DNA of 64,000 nucleotides from a virus. Location of the stretch: IMG/VR virus record IMGVR_UViG_3300032282_004772. The stretch is one strand, 5' to 3'. Below are positions 10,326 through 21,152 of the stretch, in pieces. Both the position numbers and the translations under genes were made by a program. Position 1 is the stretch's first letter; each line of letters begins with the position of its first letter. The notes under the pieces were generated by a model that was given only the letters and a program-made list of their open reading frames with translations, had not been told where the DNA came from and ran no database searches.

Positions 10326-11281
10326 AATGGAAAAAATTAGGTAGGATTTATAATCCTGAAGAACACTATAGCCCGAATAAAGAATGGAGAAAACACTTTG
10401 CTCAGAGTGTTAGTACATTAGTTTTTGATGATTTTATTAGAGTTTATTTTTCTTGTCGACCAGATAATGATTCTGAAGGACAGGCCAAATCATATACAAC
10501 ATACCTCGATTTAGATAAAAAAAATTTATTTAAAATTATTAAAATATCAGATAACCCTGTTATGGATTTAGGGGGTATTGGTGATTTTGATGAGTTTGCA
10601 GTTTATCCTACCTCGGTTATTAAAGAAAACGACAAAATCTTAATGTATTATGCGGGGTGGAGTCGATGTAAATCAGTACCATTTAATACTTCAATAGGTC
10701 TTGCAATAAGTGATGATAACGGTATGACCTTTAATCGAATAGGTAAAGGTCCAATTCTTTCTTCTTCTTTAAATGAACCATTTGTAATTAGTGGTCCTAA
10801 AATAAGAAAATTTAACGATAAATGGTATCTTTTTTATTTGGCGGGAAAAAAATGGATTAAAGATAATGGTACTCCTGAAATAATATATAAAATAAGGATG
10901 GCAACTTCAACAGACGGCATTAATTGGGTTAGAGTTGATAAAGACATAATATCTGACTTAATCGATGAAAATGAGTGTCAAGCAGGTCCTGATGTTTTTT
11001 ATTTAGACGGACAATATCACATGTACTTTGTTTATAGACATGGATTGAATTTTAGAAAAGAAAAAAATAGAGGATATAAAATAGGGTATGCAATATCTAA
11101 AGATTTAATTAATTGGGAAAGAAAAGACGATGAATGTGGTATTGGGTATTCTGAAGAAGGATGGGATAGTGAAATGCACCATTATCCACATGTTTTTTCT
11201 ATTGGAGATGATTACTATATGTTATATAATGGAAATGAATTTGGAAAAAATGGATTTGGGATTGCAATTTTAGAAAAATAA
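10322..11281 (+). CDS. Five-bladed beta-propeller glycosylase/hydrolase-like protein
   Basis: Repeated IGLAISDDNG / IRMATSTDGINW / IGYAISKDLINW blades; ends YNGNEFGKNGFG. Confidence 0.75.
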   Translation: MKWKKLGRIYNPEEHYSPNKEWRKHFAQSVSTLVFDDFIRVYFSCRPDNDSEGQAKSYTTYLDLDKKNLFKIIKISDNPVMDLGGIGDFDEFAVYPTSVIKENDKILMYYAGWSRCKSVPFNTSIGLAISDDNGMTFNRIGKGPILSSSLNEPFVISGPKIRKFNDKWYLFYLAGKKWIKDNGTPEIIYKIRMATSTDGINWVRVDKDIISDLIDENECQAGPDVFYLDGQYHMYFVYRHGLNFRKEKNRGYKIGYAISKDLINWERKDDECGIGYSEEGWDSEMHHYPHVFSIGDDYYMLYNGNEFGKNGFGIAILEK

Positions 11282-12438
11282 TGGACATAACATATAAAAT
11301 AAATGAATCAGATATCAACTTAATTAATAATCATTTAAATGAGTGTAATGACCATTTTATACCAAAATTAGAAAAGTACGTAAAAATATCTGAATACTCA
11401 GAAAAAATATTTAATAATTCTAAAAGATTTGAGTCTTATCTTGGAAAAGAATTAATTGGTTTAATTGCGGTATACGAAAATAAAAATAATAAACTTTTCA
11501 TTACAAATGTTAGTGTAATACCAACATTTCATGGAAAAGAAATTTCAAAAAAACTATTAGATTTTTGCGTCGAGTATTATAGACAACAAAAATTTTCAGA
11601 AATAGAACTAGAGGTTGATGAAAAAAATCTAAAAGCAATAAAATTTTATGAAAAAAATAATTTTAAAATAAAAAAAATAGATAAAAAAATTTTAATGACT
11701 ATGAATCTTAAAAGAGATTATAATGAAGAGTTTAAAGATACTCAAGACCATAAATATTCTTATGATTTTGATTTTGATGTTATGCATGGATATATGATAG
11801 ACTCCATGACACCATTTTTTAATGGGGATAATGTATTGGAATTAGGCAGTTATAAAGGTGATTTTACAAAAAGATTGATTCCATTATTCAATAATATTAC
11901 ATGTGTTGAGGCATCAGACGAAGCAATTAACATCTCTAAAACAAAATTACCAAACAATGTAAAAATCATTCATTCATTATTTGAAGATTTAAATTTAGAT
12001 GAGAAATTTGATAATATATTATTAACACATGTTTTAGAACATATTGATGAACCAACTCAATTATTAAAAAAAATAAAAGATAATTGGATATCAGACAATG
12101 GATATCTCTTTATAATTTGTCCTAACGCTAATGCGGCTTCAAGACAAATTGCGGTTAAAATGGGTCTTATTGAAAATAATTTTTCAATAACTAATTCAGA
12201 AAAATTACATGGACATAGAATAACTTACTCTTTAGATACATTAGAAAAAGACGCGGTAAACGCAGGATTAAAGGTCGCATATCGAACTGGTATATTTTTT
12301 AAAGCGTTAGCTAACTTTCAGTGGGACGAAGTCATAAATAAAAATGTAGTATCTAAAGAATATTTAGATGGATGCTATAAATTGGGACAACAATATCCTG
12401 ATTTATGTTCAAGCATAATGATAATCTGTAAAAAATAA
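11281..12438 (+). CDS. GNAT acetyltransferase fused to class I SAM methyltransferase
   Basis: NVSVIPTFHGKEIS..LEV...NLKAIKFYEK (GNAT); VLELGSYKG, HVLEHI (MTase). Confidence 0.85.
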   Translation: MDITYKINESDINLINNHLNECNDHFIPKLEKYVKISEYSEKIFNNSKRFESYLGKELIGLIAVYENKNNKLFITNVSVIPTFHGKEISKKLLDFCVEYYRQQKFSEIELEVDEKNLKAIKFYEKNNFKIKKIDKKILMTMNLKRDYNEEFKDTQDHKYSYDFDFDVMHGYMIDSMTPFFNGDNVLELGSYKGDFTKRLIPLFNNITCVEASDEAINISKTKLPNNVKIIHSLFEDLNLDEKFDNILLTHVLEHIDEPTQLLKKIKDNWISDNGYLFIICPNANAASRQIAVKMGLIENNFSITNSEKLHGHRITYSLDTLEKDAVNAGLKVAYRTGIFFKALANFQWDEVINKNVVSKEYLDGCYKLGQQYPDLCSSIMIICKK

Positions 12439-12443
12439 ATTTT

Positions 12444-13154
12444 ATGAAAATTGGAATTATTATATCAACGTATCAAAGGGAAGACGGAAAAACCCCAGTG
12501 TATTTAAATAGGACTTTAGATTCTGTTTTAGCCCAAACATATAAAAATTATAAAATATTTTTAATTGGGGATAGATATGAGAACAATGATGAGTTTGAAT
12601 CTTATGTCAAAAAAATAAATCATGTCGAGCATTATTTTGAAAATTTACCTATTGCTCATGAAAGAGATGTTTATGGTAGTAATAAAAACGCATTATGGTC
12701 TTATGGAGGAACTAATGCAACTAATTACGCTATGGACTTATGTGAAAAAGAAGGTATTGATTTTGTTGTAACTTTAAATCACGATGATTGGTGGTATGAA
12801 ACACATTTAGAAGAGTTCTACAATTGTTATGAAATGTTTAAATGCGATTTTATGTGTACAAAATCCACATTTTTTAATCCAAATAATTTTTTACCGATTG
12901 TGAATTCTAAAGAATATTATAATAGTTTTTTCCCTAGCTATGGAGCGTTGATACATTCTTCGGCAATCATTAATATAAAAAACATACCATTAAGATATAT
13001 TGATTTATTTAAAACAACGGGTAAAGTAGGATTACCCGGTGATGGAGAATATTGGAATAGGGCCACAAAATTTATGAGAGAAAATAAATTATGTGGAATT
13101 ATGATTAACAAATTAACCTGTAGACACGATGAAGAAGGATATGTCAAAAGATAA
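12444..13154 (+). CDS. Glycosyltransferase family 2-like
   Basis: IIISTY..LDSVLAQTY, LNHDDWW. Confidence 0.8.
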   Translation: MKIGIIISTYQREDGKTPVYLNRTLDSVLAQTYKNYKIFLIGDRYENNDEFESYVKKINHVEHYFENLPIAHERDVYGSNKNALWSYGGTNATNYAMDLCEKEGIDFVVTLNHDDWWYETHLEEFYNCYEMFKCDFMCTKSTFFNPNNFLPIVNSKEYYNSFFPSYGALIHSSAIINIKNIPLRYIDLFKTTGKVGLPGDGEYWNRATKFMRENKLCGIMINKLTCRHDEEGYVKR

Positions 13155-13794
13155 TAAAAAAATAACATTTGAAATTACTGAAGAATCAATTTCATTAGTA
13201 AATGAAATATCAAAAAATATGAATGGTAAAACATTCCATAATCATTATCATATTTTGTACGATATTACAAATTCGATAAATAAAGATGATTTAATTTATT
13301 TAGAAATAGGTGCGTATGCTGGAGGTTCAGCATCATTAATGAGCTCAAATCATAAAATATCTAAATCATATAGTGTTGATATTGGTTATCCTATTAATAA
13401 AGAAACTGCAATTAATAATGTTTTAAAATTTAAACACAAGGATTGTGAATATCATTATTTTCACGGTAGTTCCATGGATAAAAAAATAATTGAAGAAGTA
13501 AAATCGAAAATTAATTATGTAGATATTTTATTTATCGATGGAGACCACGCTTACAATGCGGTATTATCTGATTTTAAAAATTACTCTGATTTAGTTGTTA
13601 AAGGAGGATATATTATTTTTGATGATTACTTAGATAATGTTCATAGTCCTGGCGTAAAACCTGCAGTTGATTCGTTGTGTGAAACCATAAATGAAGAATA
13701 TGAAATAATTGGCTCATTAAATTATGATTTATTAAAAAAAACCGATAATCCTAATTTAAATGGAAGTAATGAATTCATATTAAAAAAAAAATAA
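13141..13794 (+). CDS. Class I SAM methyltransferase (Methyltransf_24-like)
   Basis: LEIGAYAGGS, DILFIDGDHAY, GGYIIFDDY; start placed at the second Met. Confidence 0.85.
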   Translation: MSKDNKKITFEITEESISLVNEISKNMNGKTFHNHYHILYDITNSINKDDLIYLEIGAYAGGSASLMSSNHKISKSYSVDIGYPINKETAINNVLKFKHKDCEYHYFHGSSMDKKIIEEVKSKINYVDILFIDGDHAYNAVLSDFKNYSDLVVKGGYIIFDDYLDNVHSPGVKPAVDSLCETINEEYEIIGSLNYDLLKKTDNPNLNGSNEFILKKK

Positions 13795-13799
13795 TTTAA

Positions 13800-14552
13800 A
13801 TGGGAATTAATCCTAATAATCTTAAAAGTGTTAACAAAAGTTTTCATTCTAATTCAGATTTAATAAAAGACATAGTCGATAAAAAAAATTCTGAATCTAT
13901 TGTAAAAAATGATTCGTCACCTAATTTGGTTACGGAGTCAAAAAAAAGTAAAATTTTTGTTATAGGTCATAATAAAACCGCAACGACCAGTGTTATAAAA
14001 AACATTGCGGATTTTGGATTTAAAGTTGGTCATCAGATGACTGGAGAACTTATGTTATATGAGTACTTAAATAATAATTTTAATCCAATAATTGAACATT
14101 GTAAAACCGCTGACGCTTTTAAAGATGTACCATTTTCATTACATAACACATACAAACACTTAGATATCGCCTTCCCAAACTCTAAATTTATATTAACAAT
14201 AAGAGATAATGAAGATGAATGGTATGATTCTATAGTTAGATTTCATACTAAAATTTTTAAGGGTAAACTTCCTGACGCAAAATCTTTAAAAGAGTCTAAA
14301 TATATTAAAATTGGTTGGCAATACCTCGTTCACGCAAAAACATATAACGTAGAAGATAACGATTTATATAATAAAGAAAAATTAGTTATGTATTATAAAA
14401 AACATAACGAAGATGTTGAAAACTATTTTAAAGATAGACCTAACGATTTACTCATATTAAATGTGAAAGAAATAAATGGATATAAAAAATTTTGTGTTTT
14501 TTTAGGAGTGGAAAAAAAAGGTAAATTTTATCATCTTATGAGGTCAAAATAA
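13800..14552 (+). CDS. Sulfotransferase-family protein
   Basis: KIFVIGHNKTATTS 5'-PSB loop, DVP, FPNSKFILTIRD..W..S. Confidence 0.8.
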   Translation: MGINPNNLKSVNKSFHSNSDLIKDIVDKKNSESIVKNDSSPNLVTESKKSKIFVIGHNKTATTSVIKNIADFGFKVGHQMTGELMLYEYLNNNFNPIIEHCKTADAFKDVPFSLHNTYKHLDIAFPNSKFILTIRDNEDEWYDSIVRFHTKIFKGKLPDAKSLKESKYIKIGWQYLVHAKTYNVEDNDLYNKEKLVMYYKKHNEDVENYFKDRPNDLLILNVKEINGYKKFCVFLGVEKKGKFYHLMRSK

Positions 14553-14621
14553 TCTAAAATAATAAAATCATTTCCATTTCACAATAAAAATGTATTATTA
14601 ATATATAAAAACATTAATTAA

Positions 14622-15365
14622 ATGACGGATACTAAAAAAAGAAAACCTTCGACTCATCCCCAAAAGGAAAACGAGTACAGACCACAAATGAATAAAAAAG
14701 AATTAATATCACAAATTGTTAAGAAAAAGACAAAAGATAAGTTTTTAAGTGAAAGTCAAAAAATATATTATGATATATTAAAATCAAATCAAATTACAAT
14801 TTGTTCAGGGCCCGCAGGTGTTGGTAAAAGTTATGTTTCCATGAAAGCAGCGGTTGACTTATTAATTGACCCACTTACCCCATATGAAAAATTGATAATT
14901 GTTAGACCGGCAGTTGAGGCAGAAGAGAAATTAGGTTCATTACCCGGTAATGTTGAAGAAAAATTAGACCCATATATTTTCCCATCTTATTATCTGTTAA
15001 ATAAAATTATAGGTAAAGAGGCAAGAGAAAAATTAAAAGAAATTGACGTTATAGAGGTTTTTGCGTTAGCATATATGAGAGGAATGAATATTGATAATTC
15101 AATATTAATTTTTGAAGAAGCTCAAAATTCTACGCCAAATCAAATGAAGTTATTGTTAACAAGAATTGGATATAATAGTAAGTTTTTTATTTCAGGTGAT
15201 TTAGAACAATTTGATAGACATAAAGACAAGACACAGACAGGTCTTTGGGATGTAATTAAAAAATTTGAAGGGTTAGATGATATTGGTATTTTTGAATTTA
15301 AAGATGGAGATGTAGTTAGAAATCCAATCATTAGTAAAATTTTAAGGAGGTACGAAGATAAATGA
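14622..15365 (+). CDS. phoH: PhoH-family ATPase
   Basis: GPAGVGKS, RPAVE..LGSLPG, AYMRG, EEAQN, GDLEQ, VVRNP. Confidence 0.95.
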   Translation: MTDTKKRKPSTHPQKENEYRPQMNKKELISQIVKKKTKDKFLSESQKIYYDILKSNQITICSGPAGVGKSYVSMKAAVDLLIDPLTPYEKLIIVRPAVEAEEKLGSLPGNVEEKLDPYIFPSYYLLNKIIGKEAREKLKEIDVIEVFALAYMRGMNIDNSILIFEEAQNSTPNQMKLLLTRIGYNSKFFISGDLEQFDRHKDKTQTGLWDVIKKFEGLDDIGIFEFKDGDVVRNPIISKILRRYEDK

Positions 15366-15958
15366 GGATTGGTGTTGAATTAAATGGTGTTTTAAGAAAC
15401 ACCATTGGTAAATTAGAACTAGTATATAATAAATACTTGATTGAAAAAACCGATGGTATTGAGTCAGATACTGACTTTGAATACAGAATGGACTTACCGG
15501 TTACAAGTTTACAATTAGAGAATCATTTTAAATTTAGAGATAAAGAAGAGATGTACTCTTTTTTATTTGAAGAATTCCCAATGGAGATTTTCGGACATGC
15601 AGGGTCAACCGAAACTATGACATTTAATGACTTAAATGATTTTTACATTGACTTTAGAGACAATCACGATATATTAATCGTATCAGATGAAATTGGAAAA
15701 TCTAAACCTGCGTCTTTGTTCTTTTTATCAAAATTTGGATGTCTTATTGAAAAAGTTAAATTTTATAGTCACTTAACAATAAATTCAATGTGGGATGAGG
15801 TAGACATTTTACTTACATCAAATCCTGACTTATTATTAAATTACCCTAAAAATAAAACAGTAATTAAATTTAATACTGAATATAATAAAAACATAAACTC
15901 ACAATTTGAGATTTCATCAATCAAAGAATTAAAAGAAAAGATAAAAGAAATACTATGA
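15362..15958 (+). CDS. HAD-like 5'(3')-deoxyribonucleotidase homologue, possibly degenerate
   Basis: RIGVELNGVLR replaces the usual DxDGV; C-terminal FNTEYN. Confidence 0.5.
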   Translation: MRIGVELNGVLRNTIGKLELVYNKYLIEKTDGIESDTDFEYRMDLPVTSLQLENHFKFRDKEEMYSFLFEEFPMEIFGHAGSTETMTFNDLNDFYIDFRDNHDILIVSDEIGKSKPASLFFLSKFGCLIEKVKFYSHLTINSMWDEVDILLTSNPDLLLNYPKNKTVIKFNTEYNKNINSQFEISSIKELKEKIKEIL

Positions 15959-16239
15959 CAAACATGCTTAAAATAATGAATGAACATTACTTTTTAGATT
16001 TAGATGAAATCGACAAGTATATTCAAATAGAACAAACTCAGCCTACAACAGGTTCAACAGGGGATAATCATATAAGCATTGTTAAATATGAAACCGTAAA
16101 ATTAATGTTAGAGGTATTAATGGACGAACATGAAGATGTCGATGATGCACTTGGAGCTAAAGGAGCAAACCATTTATCAATACCATTTAAAATTGCATTC
16201 AATACTTTAGTAAGTAAAAAAATATTAAAATCATTCTAA
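15955..16239 (+). CDS. Hypothetical protein
   Basis: 94 aa ORF in operon. Confidence 0.6.
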   Translation: MTNMLKIMNEHYFLDLDEIDKYIQIEQTQPTTGSTGDNHISIVKYETVKLMLEVLMDEHEDVDDALGAKGANHLSIPFKIAFNTLVSKKILKSF

Positions 16240-16244
16240 AAAAT

Positions 16245-17303
16245 ATGGAACAAAATAGAATAGAAAAATTAGAAAAATCAGTAGAGAGCTTAAAAAATAA
16301 AAGTTCTAGAATTTACCTATTTGTACAAGACACAAAAGGTAATCCTAAAGCGGGCGTTAGATACATGTATCAAATGGGCCTTGCTTTAAAAAATAAAGGA
16401 TATAACCCTGTTATATTACACGAAAAACCTGATTATATTGGTGTTGAAGAATGGTTAGGTCCTGAGTATATGGAAATACCACACAAACCTATTGAAGGTC
16501 AAAATTTAGAAATTTCGCCAGATGATTTTTTAATTATCCCTGAAATCTTTGGGTTTATTATGGAACAGGTAAAAGATTTACCGTGCGCAAAAATTGTATT
16601 GTGTCAAGCGTATGACCATATGATGGAAACATTACAACCAGGTTATGGGTGGGCAAATTATGGATTTTTAAAATGTATAACTACTTCAGAATTCCAAAAA
16701 GAATATATCTCATCTGTAATGAGAAATGTAACATTTGACATTTTACCTCCATACATCTCAAAAAGATTTACGAAGACGGAACAAACTCAAAAACCAATTG
16801 TTGCGGTTCACTCAAGAGACCAAAGAAAATCGGTTAATTTTATTAAATCATTTTATCTAAAATTCCCACAGTATAGATGGATTACTTTTAGAGATATGAG
16901 AGGATTAAGTGAAGAACAATTTGCAAATAGTTTAAAAGAATGTTTTTTAAGTATTTGGATTGATGAAACTAGCGGATTTGGAACTTTCCCATTGGAATCA
17001 ATGAAATCTGGCGTACCATGTATTGGAAAAGTCCCTTCATTATTTCCTCATTGGATGAACGAAGCTAATGGACTTTGGTTAGCAGAAGAAACTAAAATTG
17101 CGGATTTTGCGGCAGACTTTATCCAAAATTGGTTAGAAGATAACATTAAACCTGAGTTATACGAAGAGATGGACAAAACTTCTGACAGTCTATCAACCGA
17201 AGAACAATTTGTTGAGAACGTAACTGAAATATTTTCAAGATACTTTGAAACAAGATTAAACTCATTTGAAGAACAATTAAATAAATTAACACCTGTAGAA
17301 TAA
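16245..17303 (+). CDS. Glycosyltransferase, GT-B-like
   Basis: DFLIIPE, SGFGTFPLESMKSGVPCIG (GT4-like E-x7-E region). Confidence 0.7.
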   Translation: MEQNRIEKLEKSVESLKNKSSRIYLFVQDTKGNPKAGVRYMYQMGLALKNKGYNPVILHEKPDYIGVEEWLGPEYMEIPHKPIEGQNLEISPDDFLIIPEIFGFIMEQVKDLPCAKIVLCQAYDHMMETLQPGYGWANYGFLKCITTSEFQKEYISSVMRNVTFDILPPYISKRFTKTEQTQKPIVAVHSRDQRKSVNFIKSFYLKFPQYRWITFRDMRGLSEEQFANSLKECFLSIWIDETSGFGTFPLESMKSGVPCIGKVPSLFPHWMNEANGLWLAEETKIADFAADFIQNWLEDNIKPELYEEMDKTSDSLSTEEQFVENVTEIFSRYFETRLNSFEEQLNKLTPVE

Positions 17304-17304
17304 T

Positions 17305-18108
17305 ATGGAAAATAAATTTGACGTTTCGGTAATATTACCAATTAAAACAGCGACCGCAAAAGAATTTACTGAATATTTCACTAAATCAATTGCGTCGTTA
17401 AAAGAACAAAAAACTAGTATAAATGAATTAATTATCGTTCATACTGATGAAGAACTTCTTACATCAGTTTTAAATGAATTTGATTTTGGAACATTAAATG
17501 TTAAAAAATTAATTTGGACGGAAACTCCGAATTTTTCTGACCAAGTAAATTATGGAATTAAAAATTCATCGTCAGAATGGGTTTCAATTTTAGAATTTGA
17601 TGATGAATATTCTAATATTTGGTTTAAAAATGTAAAAAAATATTCGGAAATATATAAAGATGTTTCAGCATTTATGCCAATTGTCGTTGATGTTGACGAT
17701 AAGGGAATGTTTGCCGGATTTACGAACGAAGCAACATTCGCCTCAAACTTTTCCCAAGAAATGGGTTATTTGAGTAACGAAACTCTTCACAATTTCCAAA
17801 ATTTCCAAACTTCAGGTATGGCTTTCAAAAAATCTTTAGTGGATGATTTTGGAGGTATTAAATCAAATCTTAAACTGACATTTGTTTATGAATTTCTACT
17901 AAGACTGACATTCAATTCTGTAAAAATGATGACAATCCCTAAAATTGGGTATAAACACATTAACCTCAGAGAAGGGTCTATCTTTTGGAATCATAAATAT
18001 GGTACAGACATATTATCCGAAAATGAGGTTAGATTTTGGATTGATTCTGCAAAGAAAGAATATTTCTTTAAAGATGAGAGACCAATTCATTTCGAACCAA
18101 CTATTTAA
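17305..18108 (+). CDS. Glycosyltransferase family 2-like
   Basis: VSVILPI, VNYGI, ILEFDDEY, YEFLLRL. Confidence 0.7.
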   Translation: MENKFDVSVILPIKTATAKEFTEYFTKSIASLKEQKTSINELIIVHTDEELLTSVLNEFDFGTLNVKKLIWTETPNFSDQVNYGIKNSSSEWVSILEFDDEYSNIWFKNVKKYSEIYKDVSAFMPIVVDVDDKGMFAGFTNEATFASNFSQEMGYLSNETLHNFQNFQTSGMAFKKSLVDDFGGIKSNLKLTFVYEFLLRLTFNSVKMMTIPKIGYKHINLREGSIFWNHKYGTDILSENEVRFWIDSAKKEYFFKDERPIHFEPTI

Positions 18109-18860
18109 TGCTCGTTAAATCAGGTGTAACTTCAGATGCGGGAAATATTGATTCAAGAAAAAGAGGAAGAAAGTCAAAACAAAAAAATTATTTTGATGTA
18201 CGAGAAGAAAATGCGGTAAGAATGTTTCTTCTAGAACCTTCCTGGGAAGAAAGGAATAAGATTTACAATCAATACTTAAGAGACCCTTTAGATAAAATGA
18301 TATCGTCTATTATTAGACGATATAAACTTTATCGTAAAGATATGGATTTTGATGAAATCCATACGGATACCCATTCTTTTTTGATGACTAAAATTGAAAA
18401 ATTTAAACCATCTAAAGAGAAAAAGGCTTATTCATATTTTGGTACAATATGTAAAAATTATTTGATGGGACAAATAATTAAAGACCAAAAAGAGATGAAT
18501 AGGAAAATATCATACGAAGATATTTCTTCTTCAATCGAAGAAAATATTGAATTTTCATATTCAATGGAAACCGATGATTTTGATGCGGATTCAGTAATTG
18601 ATAGATTTAAATCTGAACTTAAAGAATTTGTTGAGTCTCAGAATCTAAACGATAATGAGAAAAAACTTGGTTTTGCTCTTTTAGAATTATTTGATAATTA
18701 CGAAAACATATTCATGGGGGCTGATAATAATAAGTTTAATAAAAATGTAATTTTATTGTCACTTAGAGAGATGACGAATTTATCAACCAAAGAAATCAGA
18801 AATTCTATGAAAAAATACAAAAAATTATATGGTTCGGTAATAACATTAATTTTAAAATAA
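18108..18860 (+). CDS. Phage sigma factor, T4 gp55-like (late sigma candidate)
   Basis: Region-2-like KFKPSKEKKAYSYFGTICKNYL, N-terminal KNYF; lies just before structural genes. Confidence 0.6.
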   Translation: MLVKSGVTSDAGNIDSRKRGRKSKQKNYFDVREENAVRMFLLEPSWEERNKIYNQYLRDPLDKMISSIIRRYKLYRKDMDFDEIHTDTHSFLMTKIEKFKPSKEKKAYSYFGTICKNYLMGQIIKDQKEMNRKISYEDISSSIEENIEFSYSMETDDFDADSVIDRFKSELKEFVESQNLNDNEKKLGFALLELFDNYENIFMGADNNKFNKNVILLSLREMTNLSTKEIRNSMKKYKKLYGSVITLILK

Positions 18861-18881
18861 ACAAGATTAGTATTTATAGTT

Positions 18882-19250
18882 ATGAGCAGACCAAAGAAAA
18901 AAGAAATAAAATTTACTAAAGATTCAATACTAACAGTATTACAAGAAGTTTACAACGAAATTGTAGAACAAAGAAATACTGCAATTAGAATTCAAAATAA
19001 AATGTTGGCAATGATGAAAGACCCCGAAGATATGCAAACAATAGGTCCTGTAATCAAAGAACAACAAAAAATAATTAATGATTGTGTTGAAAAAAAACTA
19101 TCTCTATCTAAATTACAATCTTCAATTTGGGAGAAGACACAAAATGAAAAATCCGATTTTACATTAGATGATTTAGATGATGATTTAATTGATTCGTTAA
19201 TGAATAAAGATGTTTCAAAAGTTGATGAAACATATAAAATAAAGAAATAA
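18882..19250 (+). CDS. Hypothetical coiled-coil protein
   Basis: 122 aa ORF, TATTTAT 4 nt upstream. Confidence 0.6.
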   Translation: MSRPKKKEIKFTKDSILTVLQEVYNEIVEQRNTAIRIQNKMLAMMKDPEDMQTIGPVIKEQQKIINDCVEKKLSLSKLQSSIWEKTQNEKSDFTLDDLDDDLIDSLMNKDVSKVDETYKIKK

Positions 19251-19255
19251 TTTTC

Positions 19256-21151
19256 ATGGCAACTGATTTAAGTCAAAGTTACAATAACGTTGAGCAAAAA
19301 ATTAAAGCATCTAGAACTTATTTAGAGGTTAAACAAGATGCGAATAAAATTCAAAAAAATTTAGGGGATAATTTAGCTCAGGGTAAACAACTTGTAACGA
19401 CAACAGTTGACCAATTAAAAGACCAACAAAAAAAATTTCAAAGACAAGTTAAGACTCAACTTGATGAGATGTTGAGTATGGTTCAATTTAATAGTGGCTC
19501 CGGTTCAGGAACTATGAGATATATTAAATCAAAGTTTATTGAGGCGGCGTTAAGAGTAGAACCAAAAATTTTTGAGATTTTAAATAAGGAAACTATAAAA
19601 GCATTAGGTTGTTCTCAACAACAGGCATATAATGCTCAAACAATCTATATAAAAGTAAAAAGTACGGACTTACAAAGATTGTTAACTACAAGCCCTGAAG
19701 AACCATACGCGAGAGTTGCGTATGAAAAACTTCCACCGGTTACTAATCAAATACCATATAGTATGAATCGAGAGATGTGGGAAAGATTACAAAACTTAAA
19801 TCAACCTGTTGATTTTTACGGTGCATCAGGACAAAAACTTTTTACAATTACTTACGTACAATCTAACGGAGCTATTACAGGCGATTTTTATAAGATAGAT
19901 TTAGTTGACAGAATTGTCGGACTAAATAAAGTTGCAAATTTTATTGTAGATTATTATAGGTCGATAAAAGTTATTGATACAAGTAATTTATTTCAACAAC
20001 TTATGGACCAAATAACCGGTGCGGTATCATTTGAGGCCAAAATTGGTTTTGGAGAACTAGACGATAAGAATAAATTTCTTTTATTATTACAAAGAATTTT
20101 AGGGTTATGTTTTGATAGTAAAAGAGAAATTGATGTTAGCGGTAACTCTAAGGTTGCGGAATTAGATGGGGTGGACGATAGTTTTTTTGAGTTTACTGAC
20201 ATGGACCTCAGATATATTGAACAAAAAATTTCTGACACTCAAACAGGGGTTGTTGAGTTTGAAGATTGTCAAAATGTAAAGTTACCTGTAAATTCAAAAT
20301 CAATTTTAGATTCATTAAATAAATTAAATGAAATTATTAATGTCGAAGACCAACAGACCTTTGCTGAATCTTTAACGAGTTCTTTAACAGAAGACGAAAA
20401 ATGGAAAATATTAATTCCAAACTCGGTAGACATTAATCTATCAATTGATTTGAGTTTTTTAACTAATTTACCTAAAGCAATAATGATGGCGTTGTTGTCT
20501 CCTAAAATAGTATTACCATTATTAATAATGGCAAAGGCTATTGGTCAATTAGCCGGAGACGCAATTGAATCCTTGATGGATTTTATAAAGGCGTTTAAAA
20601 ATTATGTATTAAATATAATGTCAAAAATTGGGGCTTTGTTTGTCCAAGAATTATTTGACATAATTAAAAAAGATATTAGAAATTTAATTCACCAAATCGC
20701 AGTTGACTTAGCAAAAGAAAAAGTATTAAAAAAATATGCAATGATTTTGAAATTAGTCGAATTACTTTTGATTATTATAAAATTTGTCGATGATTGGAGA
20801 AAATGTAAAAGTGTTGTTGATGAAATATTAGCGTTATTGAATTTAGCTCTTCCTGATATTGGTGGAGGTATACCCGCACCGCTTTTGGCGTTATCATCAA
20901 TATTACCGGGGAGTTCTCCGACTAGGTCATTTATTAATACTATTGAAGAATTTCAAAAATCAGGATTACCAACAGGACCTATGCCAGATGGAAGTCCTAA
21001 TTTAATGTTACAGTCCATATTTGGACAAATGAAAGGACAGGATAAAGAAGATGCTGAGAATGGAAAAGTACAAGTATTTGTACCTCCATTAACAGTACTT
21101 CCGGCCGGAGTGACTTTGCCTTCAGGTAGCGGAACAGGTAAAAAATCATAA
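19256..21151 (+). CDS. Hypothetical structural protein, baseplate region
   Basis: 631 aa ORF co-transcribed with the spike gene. Confidence 0.55.
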   Translation: MATDLSQSYNNVEQKIKASRTYLEVKQDANKIQKNLGDNLAQGKQLVTTTVDQLKDQQKKFQRQVKTQLDEMLSMVQFNSGSGSGTMRYIKSKFIEAALRVEPKIFEILNKETIKALGCSQQQAYNAQTIYIKVKSTDLQRLLTTSPEEPYARVAYEKLPPVTNQIPYSMNREMWERLQNLNQPVDFYGASGQKLFTITYVQSNGAITGDFYKIDLVDRIVGLNKVANFIVDYYRSIKVIDTSNLFQQLMDQITGAVSFEAKIGFGELDDKNKFLLLLQRILGLCFDSKREIDVSGNSKVAELDGVDDSFFEFTDMDLRYIEQKISDTQTGVVEFEDCQNVKLPVNSKSILDSLNKLNEIINVEDQQTFAESLTSSLTEDEKWKILIPNSVDINLSIDLSFLTNLPKAIMMALLSPKIVLPLLIMAKAIGQLAGDAIESLMDFIKAFKNYVLNIMSKIGALFVQELFDIIKKDIRNLIHQIAVDLAKEKVLKKYAMILKLVELLLIIIKFVDDWRKCKSVVDEILALLNLALPDIGGGIPAPLLALSSILPGSSPTRSFINTIEEFQKSGLPTGPMPDGSPNLMLQSIFGQMKGQDKEDAENGKVQVFVPPLTVLPAGVTLPSGSGTGKKS

Positions 21152-21152
21152 T

